From Candidatus Caldarchaeales archaeon (GTDB taxonomy: Archaea; Thermoproteota; Nitrososphaeria_A; Caldarchaeales; Calditenuaceae): a stretch of 64,000 bases of DNA. The stretch covers positions 7,179 to 71,178 of the forward strand of contig JBCNVM010000008.1 of the NCBI GenBank assembly GCA_039630085.1, in the 5' to 3' direction. This document shows, piece after piece, positions 8,472 to 18,674 of this stretch; the stretch's first letter is position 1, and each line of letters opens with the position of its first letter. The notes beneath the pieces were generated by a model that had not been told where the DNA came from, searched no databases, and saw only the letters and a program-made list of their open reading frames with translations. Both the position numbers and the translations under genes were made by a program.

Positions 8472-10634
8472 ATGTGGATAGACCCGATGGTCCTCACGAC
8501 GGCCCTCGGAGCCCTCGGAGCGCTGACGGCGGTCGCGTTCGTGATGCTGGTCGAGAGGTACCAGAAGGGCCCCGAGTCCTTCGTCTCGGTCTGGGCCGCG
8601 ATCAGGGAGGGCTCGGCGGCTTACCTGAAGAGGCAGTACAAGACGATCTACGTCATCGCGGCCTTCATCTTCCTCCTGATCGTCGGGAGCTTCGGGGCCT
8701 TCCCCGCGATGGGAGGCCTCTGGTACGGCCTCTCGATCGGCGGCAGCTTCCTGCTCGGCGTGACCTTCTCCCTGATAGCCGCGAGCATCGCGATGGACTC
8801 CGCGACCAGGGCCAACGTCAGGACCGCCTACGCCGCCTCCAGGGACTCGGTCTCCTCGCTCAGGGTCGCGACGCTGGGGGGCGCGGCGCTGGGGCTCGCG
8901 GTCATCGCGATGAGCCTGCTGGGCCTCTCGATCCTCTACTGGGTCTTCAGGGACCCGGGCATCCTCGCGGGCTTCGGGTTCGGGGCGAGCCTCGCGGCCC
9001 TCTTCGCGCAGCTCGGCGGCGGGATCTACACGAAGAGCGCCGACATCGGCGCGGACCTCGTCGGCAAGGTCGAGGTCGGGATACCTGAGGACGACCCGAG
9101 GAACCCGGCGGTGATCGCTGACCAGGTGGGCGACAACGTCGGCGACGAGGCGGGGAGGGGAGCAGACCTCTTCGAGTCCGTGACCGCGGAGAACCTCGGA
9201 GGGATGATCATCGCGCTGATGGTCTCGATAGTCCTCTTCCAGAAGATCAACGAGAGCTACGTCGTGATGCCGCTCCTGGTTCGGGCCGTCGGGGTAGTCG
9301 CGACGCTGGCCGGAGTCGGGTGGGCCGTCTTCCAGAGGGGCTTCAGGGACGCGATCGAGCCCCTCAGGAACGGGCTGATCGTCACCTCTGTCGTCGCGGC
9401 GGCGCTGATGTACGTGACCTCCGCGACCGTATTCGGGCAGCACTTCCTCCCGCTCTACGTCTCGATGATCGTGGGGCTGATCGCCGGGATCCTCATCATG
9501 TTCTACAGCGAGATCTACACCAGCCTGAAGTCCAGGTACGTGGGCGCGATCGCCAGCAACAGCGAGTCCGGGCCCGCCCTCACGGTGGTCTCGGGCCTCG
9601 CGGTCGGGATGATATCCACGGCGCTCCCCGTGATAACGGTCGTGATCGCGATCATCGTCTCATACCTGCTCGGCGTCGAGTGGGCCAGGACGGCAGGCCT
9701 CCCTGACCTCTTCCTCGGGGGAGTCTTCGGGACCACGATGGCCACGATGGGGATGCTCTCGACCGCGGGTTTCGTCCTGACGATGGACGGGGTCGGGCCG
9801 ATCGTCGACAACGCGGGAGGGATAGCCGAGATGGCGAACGCCCCGAAGGAGATAAGGGACAGGCTAGAGCCGCTGGACGCGCTGGGCAACACGACGAAGG
9901 CCCTCACGAAGTCCTACGCGATGGGTTCGGCGGCCCTCGCGGCCCTCCTGCTCTTCCAGGCGTTCCTGCTCGAGGTCGGGAGGTACCTCGCGGGGATAAT
10001 CGAGCTCAGCCACCTGACGCCGGCCCAGTCCCGTAACCTCCTCGTCCAGATCGAGCAGCTCTCGAACCAGCTCCAGCTCAACTCCCCGACCGTCCTGATA
10101 GGCCTCTTCATCGGCGCGATGATCCCGTTCCTCTTCTCCGGGTACGCGGTCAACGCGGTCGCGACCGGGGCCTTCCAGATGGTCGAGGAGGTCAGGAGGC
10201 AGTTCAGGACCATTCCTGGTCTCCTCAACGGCGCCGCGAGGCCCGAGTACGGCAGGTGCGTCGACATCTCCACCAAGACCGCGCTCAAGCTGATGGTCAC
10301 CCCGACGCTCGTCGTGACGCTGGCTCCGATTCTGGTCGGCGTGCTGCTCGGGTGGAGGGCCGTGGGAGCCCTGGTGATCGGCGCGACGGTCTCCGCGATA
10401 CCGCTCGCGATCGTCGGGTTCTACGGGGGCGCAGCGATGGACAACGCGAAGAAGTACCTCGAGATCGCGGGGAGGAAGGGTTCGGACGCCCACAAGGCCG
10501 CGGTCGTCGGCGACACGGTCGGGGACCCGATGAAGGACACGTATGCACCATCGCTCCACATCCTCATCAAGCTGCTGAACACGCTGTCCTTGGTGTTCAT
10601 TCCGCTGTTCATCTACGCTATAATGACGCTCTGA
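8472..10634 (+). CDS. hppA: Membrane-bound H+-translocating pyrophosphatase, K+-independent type
   Basis: 720 aa and polytopic. Contains GGGIYTKSADIGADLVGK, DNVGDNVGD-like ADQVGDNVGDEAG, GNTTKA (a Lys where K+-dependent enzymes have Ala) and VGDTVGDPMKDT. Confidence 0.95.
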   Translation: MWIDPMVLTTALGALGALTAVAFVMLVERYQKGPESFVSVWAAIREGSAAYLKRQYKTIYVIAAFIFLLIVGSFGAFPAMGGLWYGLSIGGSFLLGVTFSLIAASIAMDSATRANVRTAYAASRDSVSSLRVATLGGAALGLAVIAMSLLGLSILYWVFRDPGILAGFGFGASLAALFAQLGGGIYTKSADIGADLVGKVEVGIPEDDPRNPAVIADQVGDNVGDEAGRGADLFESVTAENLGGMIIALMVSIVLFQKINESYVVMPLLVRAVGVVATLAGVGWAVFQRGFRDAIEPLRNGLIVTSVVAAALMYVTSATVFGQHFLPLYVSMIVGLIAGILIMFYSEIYTSLKSRYVGAIASNSESGPALTVVSGLAVGMISTALPVITVVIAIIVSYLLGVEWARTAGLPDLFLGGVFGTTMATMGMLSTAGFVLTMDGVGPIVDNAGGIAEMANAPKEIRDRLEPLDALGNTTKALTKSYAMGSAALAALLLFQAFLLEVGRYLAGIIELSHLTPAQSRNLLVQIEQLSNQLQLNSPTVLIGLFIGAMIPFLFSGYAVNAVATGAFQMVEEVRRQFRTIPGLLNGAARPEYGRCVDISTKTALKLMVTPTLVVTLAPILVGVLLGWRAVGALVIGATVSAIPLAIVGFYGGAAMDNAKKYLEIAGRKGSDAHKAAVVGDTVGDPMKDTYAPSLHILIKLLNTLSLVFIPLFIYAIMTL

Positions 10635-10662
10635 TAACAGAAGACGAGCTCCTCCCGTTTCG

Positions 10663-12051
10663 TCAGATCCTCCTGAGCCTTGGGTTCACGAGCGGCTCGA
10701 GTCCGAGGGCCAGCGAAGCGAACGCGATGCCGGTCACCACGAGCAGGAGGCCAGGAGGTATGACCCACCACCAGTAACCCGTGAAGACGGCTCCGGTCCT
10801 GAACCCGAGCTCGAGGATCTGGCCCCAGGTCGGTATCGTCGGGTCCCCGAGCCCAAGGAAGCTGAGCCCCGCTTCTGCGAGGATCGCGGAGGGCACGAAG
10901 AAGACCATTTGGGCGGCGACGTAAGGCGCGATCTGGGGGAGGACGTGGAGGAGGATCACCCTCGAGTCGCTCGCGCCGCCGGCCTTCGCGGCCTCGATGA
11001 AGGGCATCTCCACCACTTGGAGGACCATCGACCGCACTACGATCGCTAGCCCGGGCCAGGAGAAGGCCACAAGGATGGCCATGATCGCGAGGATGTTCGG
11101 CCTGAGGAGGAAGGAGAGGAAGACCAGTATCGGGAGGAGGGGCACGTTCGCGATCACGTCCGCTACCCTCTGGATCGCCTCCTCGAGGAGGCCCCTGTAG
11201 TATCCGCTGAGGAGGCCGAGGAGCGTCCCGATCGACGTCACCAGCACCGAGGCGAAGGCTCCTATTCCGAGGGCCACGGGGAAGCCGTAGAGGAGCCCGA
11301 GGAAGAGGTCCCTACCCACCGCGTCTGTCCCGACGAGCCCATAGTGCGAGCCTCCCAGCACCACCGAGACCGAGTCGATCCCGTCGCCCGGCGACCCGAA
11401 GAGCCTCGCGACGAAGACGTACTCCCCCTTCAGCGGGGCGTGGCCATCCGGCGCGGGGACCGCGAAGGCGAGCCTCGAGGATGCAGCGAACAGATCTGCA
11501 CCGTAGGACGTCGCGAACCAGTCCCTCAGCGCGGCGACGAAGTCCTGTGAGCCCTCAGGGGAGACCCTCAGCGGCTGGTCCGACCACCTGACGTAGGGCG
11601 GGGACTCGAGCGGAGAGGGCCGCGGGACCGAGACCCTCGCGAGCGGCAGCCGGAGGCCGTCGGGCCTATAGACGTCGACCGCGAGCGAGGGCGGGTCGCC
11701 GGAGAACTTCAGGCCCCGCACGACGACGACCGCGTGGGAGGGGAGCGCGCCCCGGTCGTACCTGAACCTCGCGGCGTAGGTGACCAACCCGGCCTCCTCC
11801 GAGACCCTCGCGAGCCTGACCTCGGTCTGGGGGAAATAGGGGGAACCCGTGATCACCGCGTGCCACTCCGGCGGGACGGCCCTCGGCAGCTCGACCCAGT
11901 GGGCGGGGTCGTTCCAGTAGCGGGTCCCGAAGTCGAGGGGCATCAGGAGCAGGACCAGCGCGGACACCGCGACCATCGCGACCAGCAAAGAGACCCCGAC
12001 CCTCCCGGACCAAGTCGAGGTCAGGAGCCTCCAGGGGCTGTCAGGGGTCAA
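10663..12051 (-). CDS. dppC: Peptide/nickel ABC transporter permease (DppC/OppC-like) with a long N-terminal extracytoplasmic segment
   Basis: The C-terminal half carries the binding-protein-dependent transport permease fold (EAAKAGGASDSRVILLHVLP = EAA loop). Its start abuts the dppB-like stop (12051/12052). Confidence 0.85.
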   Translation of the reverse strand: MTPDSPWRLLTSTWSGRVGVSLLVAMVAVSALVLLLMPLDFGTRYWNDPAHWVELPRAVPPEWHAVITGSPYFPQTEVRLARVSEEAGLVTYAARFRYDRGALPSHAVVVVRGLKFSGDPPSLAVDVYRPDGLRLPLARVSVPRPSPLESPPYVRWSDQPLRVSPEGSQDFVAALRDWFATSYGADLFAASSRLAFAVPAPDGHAPLKGEYVFVARLFGSPGDGIDSVSVVLGGSHYGLVGTDAVGRDLFLGLLYGFPVALGIGAFASVLVTSIGTLLGLLSGYYRGLLEEAIQRVADVIANVPLLPILVFLSFLLRPNILAIMAILVAFSWPGLAIVVRSMVLQVVEMPFIEAAKAGGASDSRVILLHVLPQIAPYVAAQMVFFVPSAILAEAGLSFLGLGDPTIPTWGQILELGFRTGAVFTGYWWWVIPPGLLLVVTGIAFASLALGLEPLVNPRLRRI

Positions 12052-13092
12052 CTAGGCCCTCACCCTCGGATCGAGGACCTGATAGAGGACCTCGAGGACG
12101 AACCTGGCGGCGACGTACATCAGCGTGAAGAGGTAGGTGAGGGCGACGATTAGGACCTCGTCCCCCATGACCACCGCGTTGTAGTATAGCCTCCCCATCC
12201 CCGGCCAGTTGAAGACGGTCTCCGTGAGGATCGCGCCGCCTAGCGACGCCGGGAGCGAGAGGGCGAGGCCGGTGACGATTGGAGGCGAGGCAGGCCTGAG
12301 GACGTACCTGACCGAAACCACTCTCTCTGGGAGGCCCTTGGACCTCGCGACCGAGACGAAGTCCTCCTGGGCGACGTTGAGGAGGAGGGTCCTGCTGGCG
12401 TAGATCGAAGGCCCGATCGAGATCAGCACCAGCGTCATGACCGGGAGGACCGAGTGCCAGAGGACATCTAGGGCCCTCTCGAGGGCGCCCTCGGGCGGAG
12501 GGCTGCTCAGCATCCCGGACCCGGGGAAGAGCCTGAGCTGGTACGCGAAGACGATCAGCAGCAATATCCCCGTCCACCAGCTGGGGAGGCTGTTCGAGAC
12601 CGCGGAGAGGTAGGTGACCAGCCTCTCGAGCCTGCTCCCGACCCTCTTCGCGAGCGAGGCGCCGACATAGAGGCCCAGCAGCGCCGAGATCAGGAGCGAT
12701 GTCGTCACCAGGACCACGGTGTTCGGGATCCTCTCCGAGAGGATGTCGACGACCTTCGTGCTCCCCGAGGAGCTCCTTGCGGTCCTCGCGTCCCCGAGGT
12801 CGAGCGTCATCACCCTCAGGACGGTCTCGGGAATCCTGGCGTACCAGGGCCTGTCGAGCCCGTAGGCCCTCTCCATCTCGGACTTCAGCTCCGCGAGCGC
12901 CCTCTCCAGCTCCTCCGGGTCCCTGATCCTCTGGGCCAGCCCCTCCCTCATCGACCTGAGCTGCTCCCCGATGATCGACTGGATGATCCTGTCCGAGTAG
13001 CCTGTGGCCCCGAGGACCACTGTCAGCAGGACGAGGACTACGATGAGGACCCCGGTGAGCGTTACGGCGCGTGCGAGGAGCCTCCTGATCAT
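12052..13092 (-). CDS. dppB: Peptide/nickel ABC transporter permease (DppB/OppB-like)
   Basis: 346 aa with six TM segments. The EAA-like loop is VSVARSKGLPERVVSVRYVLRPA. Confidence 0.85.
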   Translation of the reverse strand: MIRRLLARAVTLTGVLIVVLVLLTVVLGATGYSDRIIQSIIGEQLRSMREGLAQRIRDPEELERALAELKSEMERAYGLDRPWYARIPETVLRVMTLDLGDARTARSSSGSTKVVDILSERIPNTVVLVTTSLLISALLGLYVGASLAKRVGSRLERLVTYLSAVSNSLPSWWTGILLLIVFAYQLRLFPGSGMLSSPPPEGALERALDVLWHSVLPVMTLVLISIGPSIYASRTLLLNVAQEDFVSVARSKGLPERVVSVRYVLRPASPPIVTGLALSLPASLGGAILTETVFNWPGMGRLYYNAVVMGDEVLIVALTYLFTLMYVAARFVLEVLYQVLDPRVRA

Positions 13093-13099
13093 CCGCCCG

Positions 13100-15640
13100 C
13101 TAGCCCTTCCTCCTCCTCATCACGACGACCACCAGGGCCGCAGTGACCGCTGCGACCGCGACCGCGGCCACGATCGCGACTAGTGTCAGCGGGGGCTGTT
13201 GGGGCTGCTGGGCCGCAGGGGACGTCGGCGTCTGAGCCGGCTGGGGAGGCTGGGCTCCCGCGGGCAGGGCCTCGGTGGTGAACCTGAGGGTCCTCACGAC
13301 TCCGAGCGTCTCGGGGTTGTAGAGGCTCACGTCCACCACGACCAGCCCCCTCCTGAGCTGGGACGTCGCCGCCGCCGGGAGCGAGACCCGTAGCCTCCCG
13401 TCGACGACGGACAGGTCGGCGGACCTGAAGACGACCTTCCCGGTCCCGGCCTCGTAGACCCTGACGCTCGCCTTGGTCCCCGGCTCTCCAGTCACCCTGA
13501 AGGCCAGCGCGGCCTCGCCGCCGATCGTGATCTCGAGCCTCCCCTCTGGCGAAGCGGTCGGAAGCCTCGCCTCCTTCGCGAAGCCGAGGAAGCTCCCCCT
13601 CGAGAACGGGTAAGTGGCGTCCCTGAAGGCCGAGATCTCCGCGGTCTGGGCGGCGCCGTCGAACCTCTCGAGGTAGAAGGGGCCGTTGCTGATCACAAGG
13701 TGCCTCCTCGCGCCGAACCAGGAGACCGCGGCCTCGTACCTGCGGAGGGTCTCCTCGGGGGACACAAGGCTCCTGCCCTCGAGCGCGAAGACGTTTCCGG
13801 GGACGTACCTCTTCTCCGCGAAGGACCTTAGCACTTCCACCAGCATCCGGCCGTGGAGCTCCTTCACCAAGTTGATCCAGACCACGTTGAACCTGAACGC
13901 CGCCGTGTCGCTGTACGCCGCCCTCCTCCTGTTGAAGACCAGCTCGTCCATCGCCGCGAGGACCTCCCACGGCATCGACGGGAACCCTATGGCCGCGTAC
14001 TCCGCGATCTTGTCGGTCTCGAAGTCCCAGTAGTCAACGTAGACCTCGAGGTATCTGTCACCCACGATCCTTATCCCCTTCACCGTCTCGAGGTAGGGCC
14101 TGCTGGTCACCGCGATCGCAGTCTCTATTCTGTTCTTGTTGGGGTTGTATGATATGTCGAAGGCCTGATAGATGGAATAGAGGACATCGGCCCACGTTAT
14201 GGGCTGGCCGTGATGCCATTTGGCTCCGATGTACTTGGACATGTCGAACGTCACCTTGCTCCTCGCGGTCGTCCCCGGCGTCACCCTCCTCCACTCTCCA
14301 GCGTCAGAGTTCCAGCTGAAGGCGTCTGGAGGAACGACGAGGGTCCCCGTGGGGCCTGCGGTCTCCACCCTGAACTCCGACCTGAAGGGCACGGTCCTCC
14401 CCGAGACCGGGTCCCTGACCAGCGGCGGGTCGACCAGGTACCTCCAGATGTCAACGCTGTAGACGTCCCCGAAGCCACCGACCGGGTTCCAGGTTGTCCT
14501 CTCCGTGTCGACCCAGAGGTGCCCGACCCTGATGACGTTCCTGCCCTCGACGTAGGCCTCCCTGAGGCTGAAGGCCGACCTGACGCCGGCGACCAGGTCC
14601 GTGATCAGGTTCCTGACGCCGGGCGCGACCGGATAGGAGTTGATCACCGTCACCACCCAGACCCTCACTGACTCCTCCAGGCAGAGGTCGGTCGCGGCCC
14701 TGTAGAGCTCGTTCCTCTCCCCGAAGTCCCTGAACTCGCCCCTGAAGATCCTCTGGCCGAGCTCGTCGAGCCTCGGGCTCTCGTACTGCCAGAAGCCCAC
14801 CTCCCTCCAGCCGGGCATGTTGCCCAGCCACGGAGCGCAGAACTGGTTGATCCCCGCGGAGTCGTACCTCCCCACCGCGCCCCTGCCCCACCCCTCGGTG
14901 TAGGCGTGCCACGCGAAGGTCCTCGGGTCGGTCGAGTAGACCCTCTGGATCGCAGGCCCGAACTCGAGCAGGATCTCCTCGACGTTGAACCCGAGCCTCC
15001 TCAGCTCCGCCGCGAAGGCTAGGCCTATCTCCCTCCTCTCGTCCTCCGGTCGAACGATCACCCTCACCGTCACGGGCCTCCCCCCGTAGTGCCAGACGCC
15101 GTCCCTGAGCTCCGCCCCGGCCCTCCTCATCGCCTCGCCGACGACCTGCCTCGCGTATTCGGGGTCGTACCTGATTCCGCGTCTCGCGACCACGTCCTCG
15201 ACCGTGAGGTGGTCCAGGTCCACCGGGGAGACGTGCGAGTACATCGGGACCGCCATGCCGCCGTAGAACCTCGAGGAGATGGTCTCCCTGTCGACGACGA
15301 ACTGCATCGCGTACCTCACCTCCCTGATCGAGAACGGGTTGAGCTCGCCCGGAGGAGCGGGCGCGGGGTTCAGGACGATCGAGACCGTCGAGGACGGGAC
15401 CTCCACCAGCCTGATGTCCCCCCTCGCCCTGAGCGCCCTCGCGGCCTCGGTCTTCAGGTTGTAGAAGAAGAGGTCGATGTTCCCGGCCCTGATCTCGAGC
15501 TCCGCGATGTCCTGCGACCCGAGGCCCCTGAAGATCACCTTCTCGACCGCGGGGCCCTTCACCTCCTGGGCGAGCGCCAACTGCGGCGACGCGAGGACCG
15601 CGACTAGGGCGACGGCCAGCGCGACGACGAGGCACCTCAC
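13100..15640 (-). CDS. ABC transporter substrate-binding protein (family 5, Dpp/Opp type), membrane-anchored by a C-terminal TM helix
   Basis: 846 aa. It has an N-terminal signal peptide, an SBP_bac_5-like core, a P/Q/T-rich linker (PAGAQPPQPAQTPTSPAAQQPQQPP) and the C-terminal anchor LVAIVAAVAVAAVTAALVVVVMRRRKG. Confidence 0.85.
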   Translation of the reverse strand: MRCLVVALAVALVAVLASPQLALAQEVKGPAVEKVIFRGLGSQDIAELEIRAGNIDLFFYNLKTEAARALRARGDIRLVEVPSSTVSIVLNPAPAPPGELNPFSIREVRYAMQFVVDRETISSRFYGGMAVPMYSHVSPVDLDHLTVEDVVARRGIRYDPEYARQVVGEAMRRAGAELRDGVWHYGGRPVTVRVIVRPEDERREIGLAFAAELRRLGFNVEEILLEFGPAIQRVYSTDPRTFAWHAYTEGWGRGAVGRYDSAGINQFCAPWLGNMPGWREVGFWQYESPRLDELGQRIFRGEFRDFGERNELYRAATDLCLEESVRVWVVTVINSYPVAPGVRNLITDLVAGVRSAFSLREAYVEGRNVIRVGHLWVDTERTTWNPVGGFGDVYSVDIWRYLVDPPLVRDPVSGRTVPFRSEFRVETAGPTGTLVVPPDAFSWNSDAGEWRRVTPGTTARSKVTFDMSKYIGAKWHHGQPITWADVLYSIYQAFDISYNPNKNRIETAIAVTSRPYLETVKGIRIVGDRYLEVYVDYWDFETDKIAEYAAIGFPSMPWEVLAAMDELVFNRRRAAYSDTAAFRFNVVWINLVKELHGRMLVEVLRSFAEKRYVPGNVFALEGRSLVSPEETLRRYEAAVSWFGARRHLVISNGPFYLERFDGAAQTAEISAFRDATYPFSRGSFLGFAKEARLPTASPEGRLEITIGGEAALAFRVTGEPGTKASVRVYEAGTGKVVFRSADLSVVDGRLRVSLPAAATSQLRRGLVVVDVSLYNPETLGVVRTLRFTTEALPAGAQPPQPAQTPTSPAAQQPQQPPLTLVAIVAAVAVAAVTAALVVVVMRRRKG

Positions 15641-15646
15641 TTCAGG

Positions 15647-17926
15647 TCACCTCCTCCGGGACCTTGCCAGGAGCGCCACCAGCAGGGCCGTGTTGACGGC
15701 CGCGACCACCGAGACCACGACGAGGACCGGCACCAACCAATCGATCCCCGGGCCGCCTGACCTCAGCTCGCTCGGGTTCGAGAGCGTCTTGTTGAGGAGC
15801 TTTAGGGAGTCGGAGACCTGTCCGGTGAGGGCCCTGAGGGACTCGAAGCCCTTCCAGAGCGTGTCGACGCCCACCTGAGTGTAGAAGGAGGCCGAGGCGA
15901 AGTTCCCCGTCTGGTCGTAGACGACCACCGTCTGGGTGCCCTCGGTTGTGACGGGCATGAAGAGCCTGACCGTGAAGCTCCCGTCGGGCCCGGACTTCGT
16001 GGTCGCGATCACCGACCCTGAGACCTCGATGTAGATGTTGGAGTCGGGCTGGAAGTTGGTCCCCCTGACCGTGACGCTCTGGCCGCTCGCCCCGACAGGC
16101 GGTGAGATAAAGACGCTCGGAGCCCTCATCGGCCTCACCCTCGCGAACCCTATCTTCTGGTTGAGGCCCACGAACTCGCCGAGCCTGCAGTCGGCCCAGA
16201 CCGCGTAGACGTCGTTCTCGGTCGCCTTGATCGCGAAGTAGTCGCCTAGGAAGGCGCCCCGCGGGAAGCAGAAGTTCGGGTTGGAGTGGGCGTCGGTGAC
16301 CCTGGTGTTGGCTACCCTCTGGCCTATCTCCCTGATCAGGAAGCCCCAGGTCCTGCCTCCGTCCTCGCTCCTCGTGTAGTAGATGTGGTACCGGGTCTCG
16401 CTGGGATCGTCCCTGAAGTCTCCCCAGATCACGTGTATCGCGCCCTTCGGGTCCGTCGCGATCGCCGGGAAGAACTGGAGCCTGTTGGTCCCGTCGTCGT
16501 TCAGCCTCACGGGCCTCGACCAGGTCGCGCCCCCGTCGGCGCTCGAGACGAAGTAGACGTCGCCGTCGTCGAGGGGTCTGTCTCCGGGCCTGCCGACGAA
16601 GACGATGTAGATCTCGCCCCGGGGACCGAGGGCCATCTGCGGGAACGCGGAGCCCCAGTACCTGAAGTTGGCGTTCCTGGGCGTGAAAGGAATCTCGTTG
16701 AAGACCGCGGCCGTCACGGGCCTGCTCCAGGTCCTGCCGCCGTCGGTACTCCTGACGACCTTGATCTCCGCCAAGCCCTCCATCTCGCCGTCGTCGAGGG
16801 AGTCGAGGTACGCGACGTAGACTGTGCCGTCCGGAGCCACGGCGACGTTGGAGCCCTGCAGGACCCTCTTAGGACCTCCCGGACCGAACCACCTGATCAC
16901 GGTCGGGCTGACGCTGACCGGCGCGCTCCAGGTCCTGCCCTCGTTCGTCCCCTTGACCAGCCTGATCGTGGTCTCGAGGACCGGGTTGGCCAGGAACACG
17001 AGCTCTCCCACGTAGAACAGGTCGTAGACGACCGCGAACTCGGTGTAGGTGACGTAGACCGCGTCCCGCCGGGGGTCGTCCCTGTCAGGCCCCACGGCCA
17101 TCCAGGGCTTGTCGATGAACCCGAAAACCAGCTGGCCCCTGAGCCTTCCGAGCTCGTCGACGCGCTCGTTACGGAGGAAGATCCTGCTCCTCGCCGATGA
17201 GACTGGCTCCGACCAGGAGAGACCTCCGTCGGCGCTGACCGCGACGGCCGCGCTGGAAACAACCTCCTCGATGACGAAGGGGCCTATCCTGACGTCCTCG
17301 ATCCCCAGCGAGAGCATCACGTAGTAGGCCACGCCGTTCCTGTCGAAGCCGACGACCGGGTCTCCTCCGGTCGCCAGGTCCTTGCCCAGGTACTTGACGA
17401 TCTTAGGGCCCTCCCAGGTCTCGCCGCCGTCGATCGAGACGTAGGCCGAGACGCTGGGGAAGTTGTAGTCTATCACGCCCACCAGGATGTGGTCGGGGTT
17501 CCTCGGGTTGACCGCGATGTGGGGCTCCGTCTGGTAAGGGTAGGGGCTGAAGTCCCTGGTCAGGAGGACGTTCCTAGAGAACGCGGGCGCAGGGCTCCTG
17601 AAGGGTATTAGGACTCCGGCAGCTCCGGGGGCCTGAAGCGCGGGCGTCGGCGTGAGCCTCGGCCCCTCGGGCCCTCCGCCCTCAGGGGCCTTCTTCTCCC
17701 GCTCGGCCTCGCCGGTGGGAAGACTGGTGACAGGGTCTATGCCCTCTGCGATCAGCGGCGACCTCCCCGTGAGCATCGGAGCTATCAGCCTGAACGCGTT
17801 GAACCTGTGCGGCACAGGCGGCGGCATGGGGTTCGTGGCCTCGACCTCGCCGGAGAGGGTCGGCGGAAGCAGGGAGATCAGGAAGGCTACGGCGAGGAAG
17901 CTGGCAAGGAGGCCGAAATACCTCAC
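15647..17926 (-). CDS. Secreted BNR/Asp-box repeat (sialidase-fold beta-propeller) protein with an IPT-like domain and a C-terminal TM anchor
   Basis: Five SxDxGxTW Asp-boxes (SIDGGETW, SADGGLSW, STDGGRTW, SADGGATW, SEDGGRTW). Signal peptide MRYFGLLASFLAVAFLISLL; C-terminal VPVLVVVSVVAAVNTALLVALLARSRRR. Confidence 0.7.
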   Translation of the reverse strand: MRYFGLLASFLAVAFLISLLPPTLSGEVEATNPMPPPVPHRFNAFRLIAPMLTGRSPLIAEGIDPVTSLPTGEAEREKKAPEGGGPEGPRLTPTPALQAPGAAGVLIPFRSPAPAFSRNVLLTRDFSPYPYQTEPHIAVNPRNPDHILVGVIDYNFPSVSAYVSIDGGETWEGPKIVKYLGKDLATGGDPVVGFDRNGVAYYVMLSLGIEDVRIGPFVIEEVVSSAAVAVSADGGLSWSEPVSSARSRIFLRNERVDELGRLRGQLVFGFIDKPWMAVGPDRDDPRRDAVYVTYTEFAVVYDLFYVGELVFLANPVLETTIRLVKGTNEGRTWSAPVSVSPTVIRWFGPGGPKRVLQGSNVAVAPDGTVYVAYLDSLDDGEMEGLAEIKVVRSTDGGRTWSRPVTAAVFNEIPFTPRNANFRYWGSAFPQMALGPRGEIYIVFVGRPGDRPLDDGDVYFVSSADGGATWSRPVRLNDDGTNRLQFFPAIATDPKGAIHVIWGDFRDDPSETRYHIYYTRSEDGGRTWGFLIREIGQRVANTRVTDAHSNPNFCFPRGAFLGDYFAIKATENDVYAVWADCRLGEFVGLNQKIGFARVRPMRAPSVFISPPVGASGQSVTVRGTNFQPDSNIYIEVSGSVIATTKSGPDGSFTVRLFMPVTTEGTQTVVVYDQTGNFASASFYTQVGVDTLWKGFESLRALTGQVSDSLKLLNKTLSNPSELRSGGPGIDWLVPVLVVVSVVAAVNTALLVALLARSRRR

Positions 17927-17966
17927 GGGACTATGCCCTTATTCCCAGCTAATAAGCAGATTCAGG

Positions 17967-18629
17967 CTAAACCGGTCGGGCGGGCGCCTCCGGGGCCTTT
18001 CTCCTCTCCAAGACCCTCTTGATGTGCTTGAGCTTCACGAAGTAGTCCCTGTCGGACTCCTCGAGGGACATCGCGATCTCCTTTATCGCGCTCCTGTACC
18101 TCGGCATGATGACGTACTCGAGGGCGTTCAGGAGCCTCTGGGTCCTCTTCAGCTCCTCCGCGATCCTGAAGATCGCGTTCTCGATGGCCGCGGCCCTGCA
18201 GACGTCGCCTATGACCGACCTCAGCTTCCTGGAGGCCTCGTCGAGGTGCACAGAGGTCTCGAGGAACCCGTAGGGCAGCGGGAAGGAGGCCTGCTCCAGC
18301 TCGACCGTAGGGACCTGGATCCCCATCATCGTGTAGGACCCGACCTTGACCTTCACAGTCTCGGGGAGCGTGGAGGTGATCGTCTGGATCGCGCCCGGCC
18401 CGGACTTCAGATAAGCGGCGATCAGCTCCTGGTAGGCCTCGGAGAGCTTCGCGGAGAGCGCCTCCCTCAGCTCCTGGGCCTCGTCGATGAGCTCGTTGAT
18501 CCTCCTCACCAGCACGTCCCTCTTGTCCTCGAGGATCCTGTAGACCCTCTCAGCGGTCCTGAGGGACCTCCGCAGCCTCAGCAGCTCGAGCCTCGTCCTC
18601 AGGTAGCCTCCTCCGAAGGCGACCGACAT
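17967..18629 (-). CDS. atpD: A-type (V-type) ATP synthase subunit D
   Basis: 220 aa, coiled-coil. RLELLRLRRSLRTAERVYRILEDKRDVLV at the N-terminus and RRINALEYVIMP-like LLNALEYVIMPRY near the C-terminus are typical of NtpD/AtpD. It has its own TATA-like box about 25 nt upstream. Confidence 0.85.
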   Translation of the reverse strand: MSVAFGGGYLRTRLELLRLRRSLRTAERVYRILEDKRDVLVRRINELIDEAQELREALSAKLSEAYQELIAAYLKSGPGAIQTITSTLPETVKVKVGSYTMMGIQVPTVELEQASFPLPYGFLETSVHLDEASRKLRSVIGDVCRAAAIENAIFRIAEELKRTQRLLNALEYVIMPRYRSAIKEIAMSLEESDRDYFVKLKHIKRVLERRKAPEAPARPV

Positions 18630-18674
18630 CCGGACTCACCGCCGTCGGGCATCATAAGAAAGTTAGCGGGGAGA

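Noticed and set aside
8151-9443. 430-aa minus-strand ORF overlapping ferredoxin and hppA
   Set aside because: It is Arg/Asp/Pro/Gly-rich low-complexity sequence, antisense to a well-supported PPase gene.
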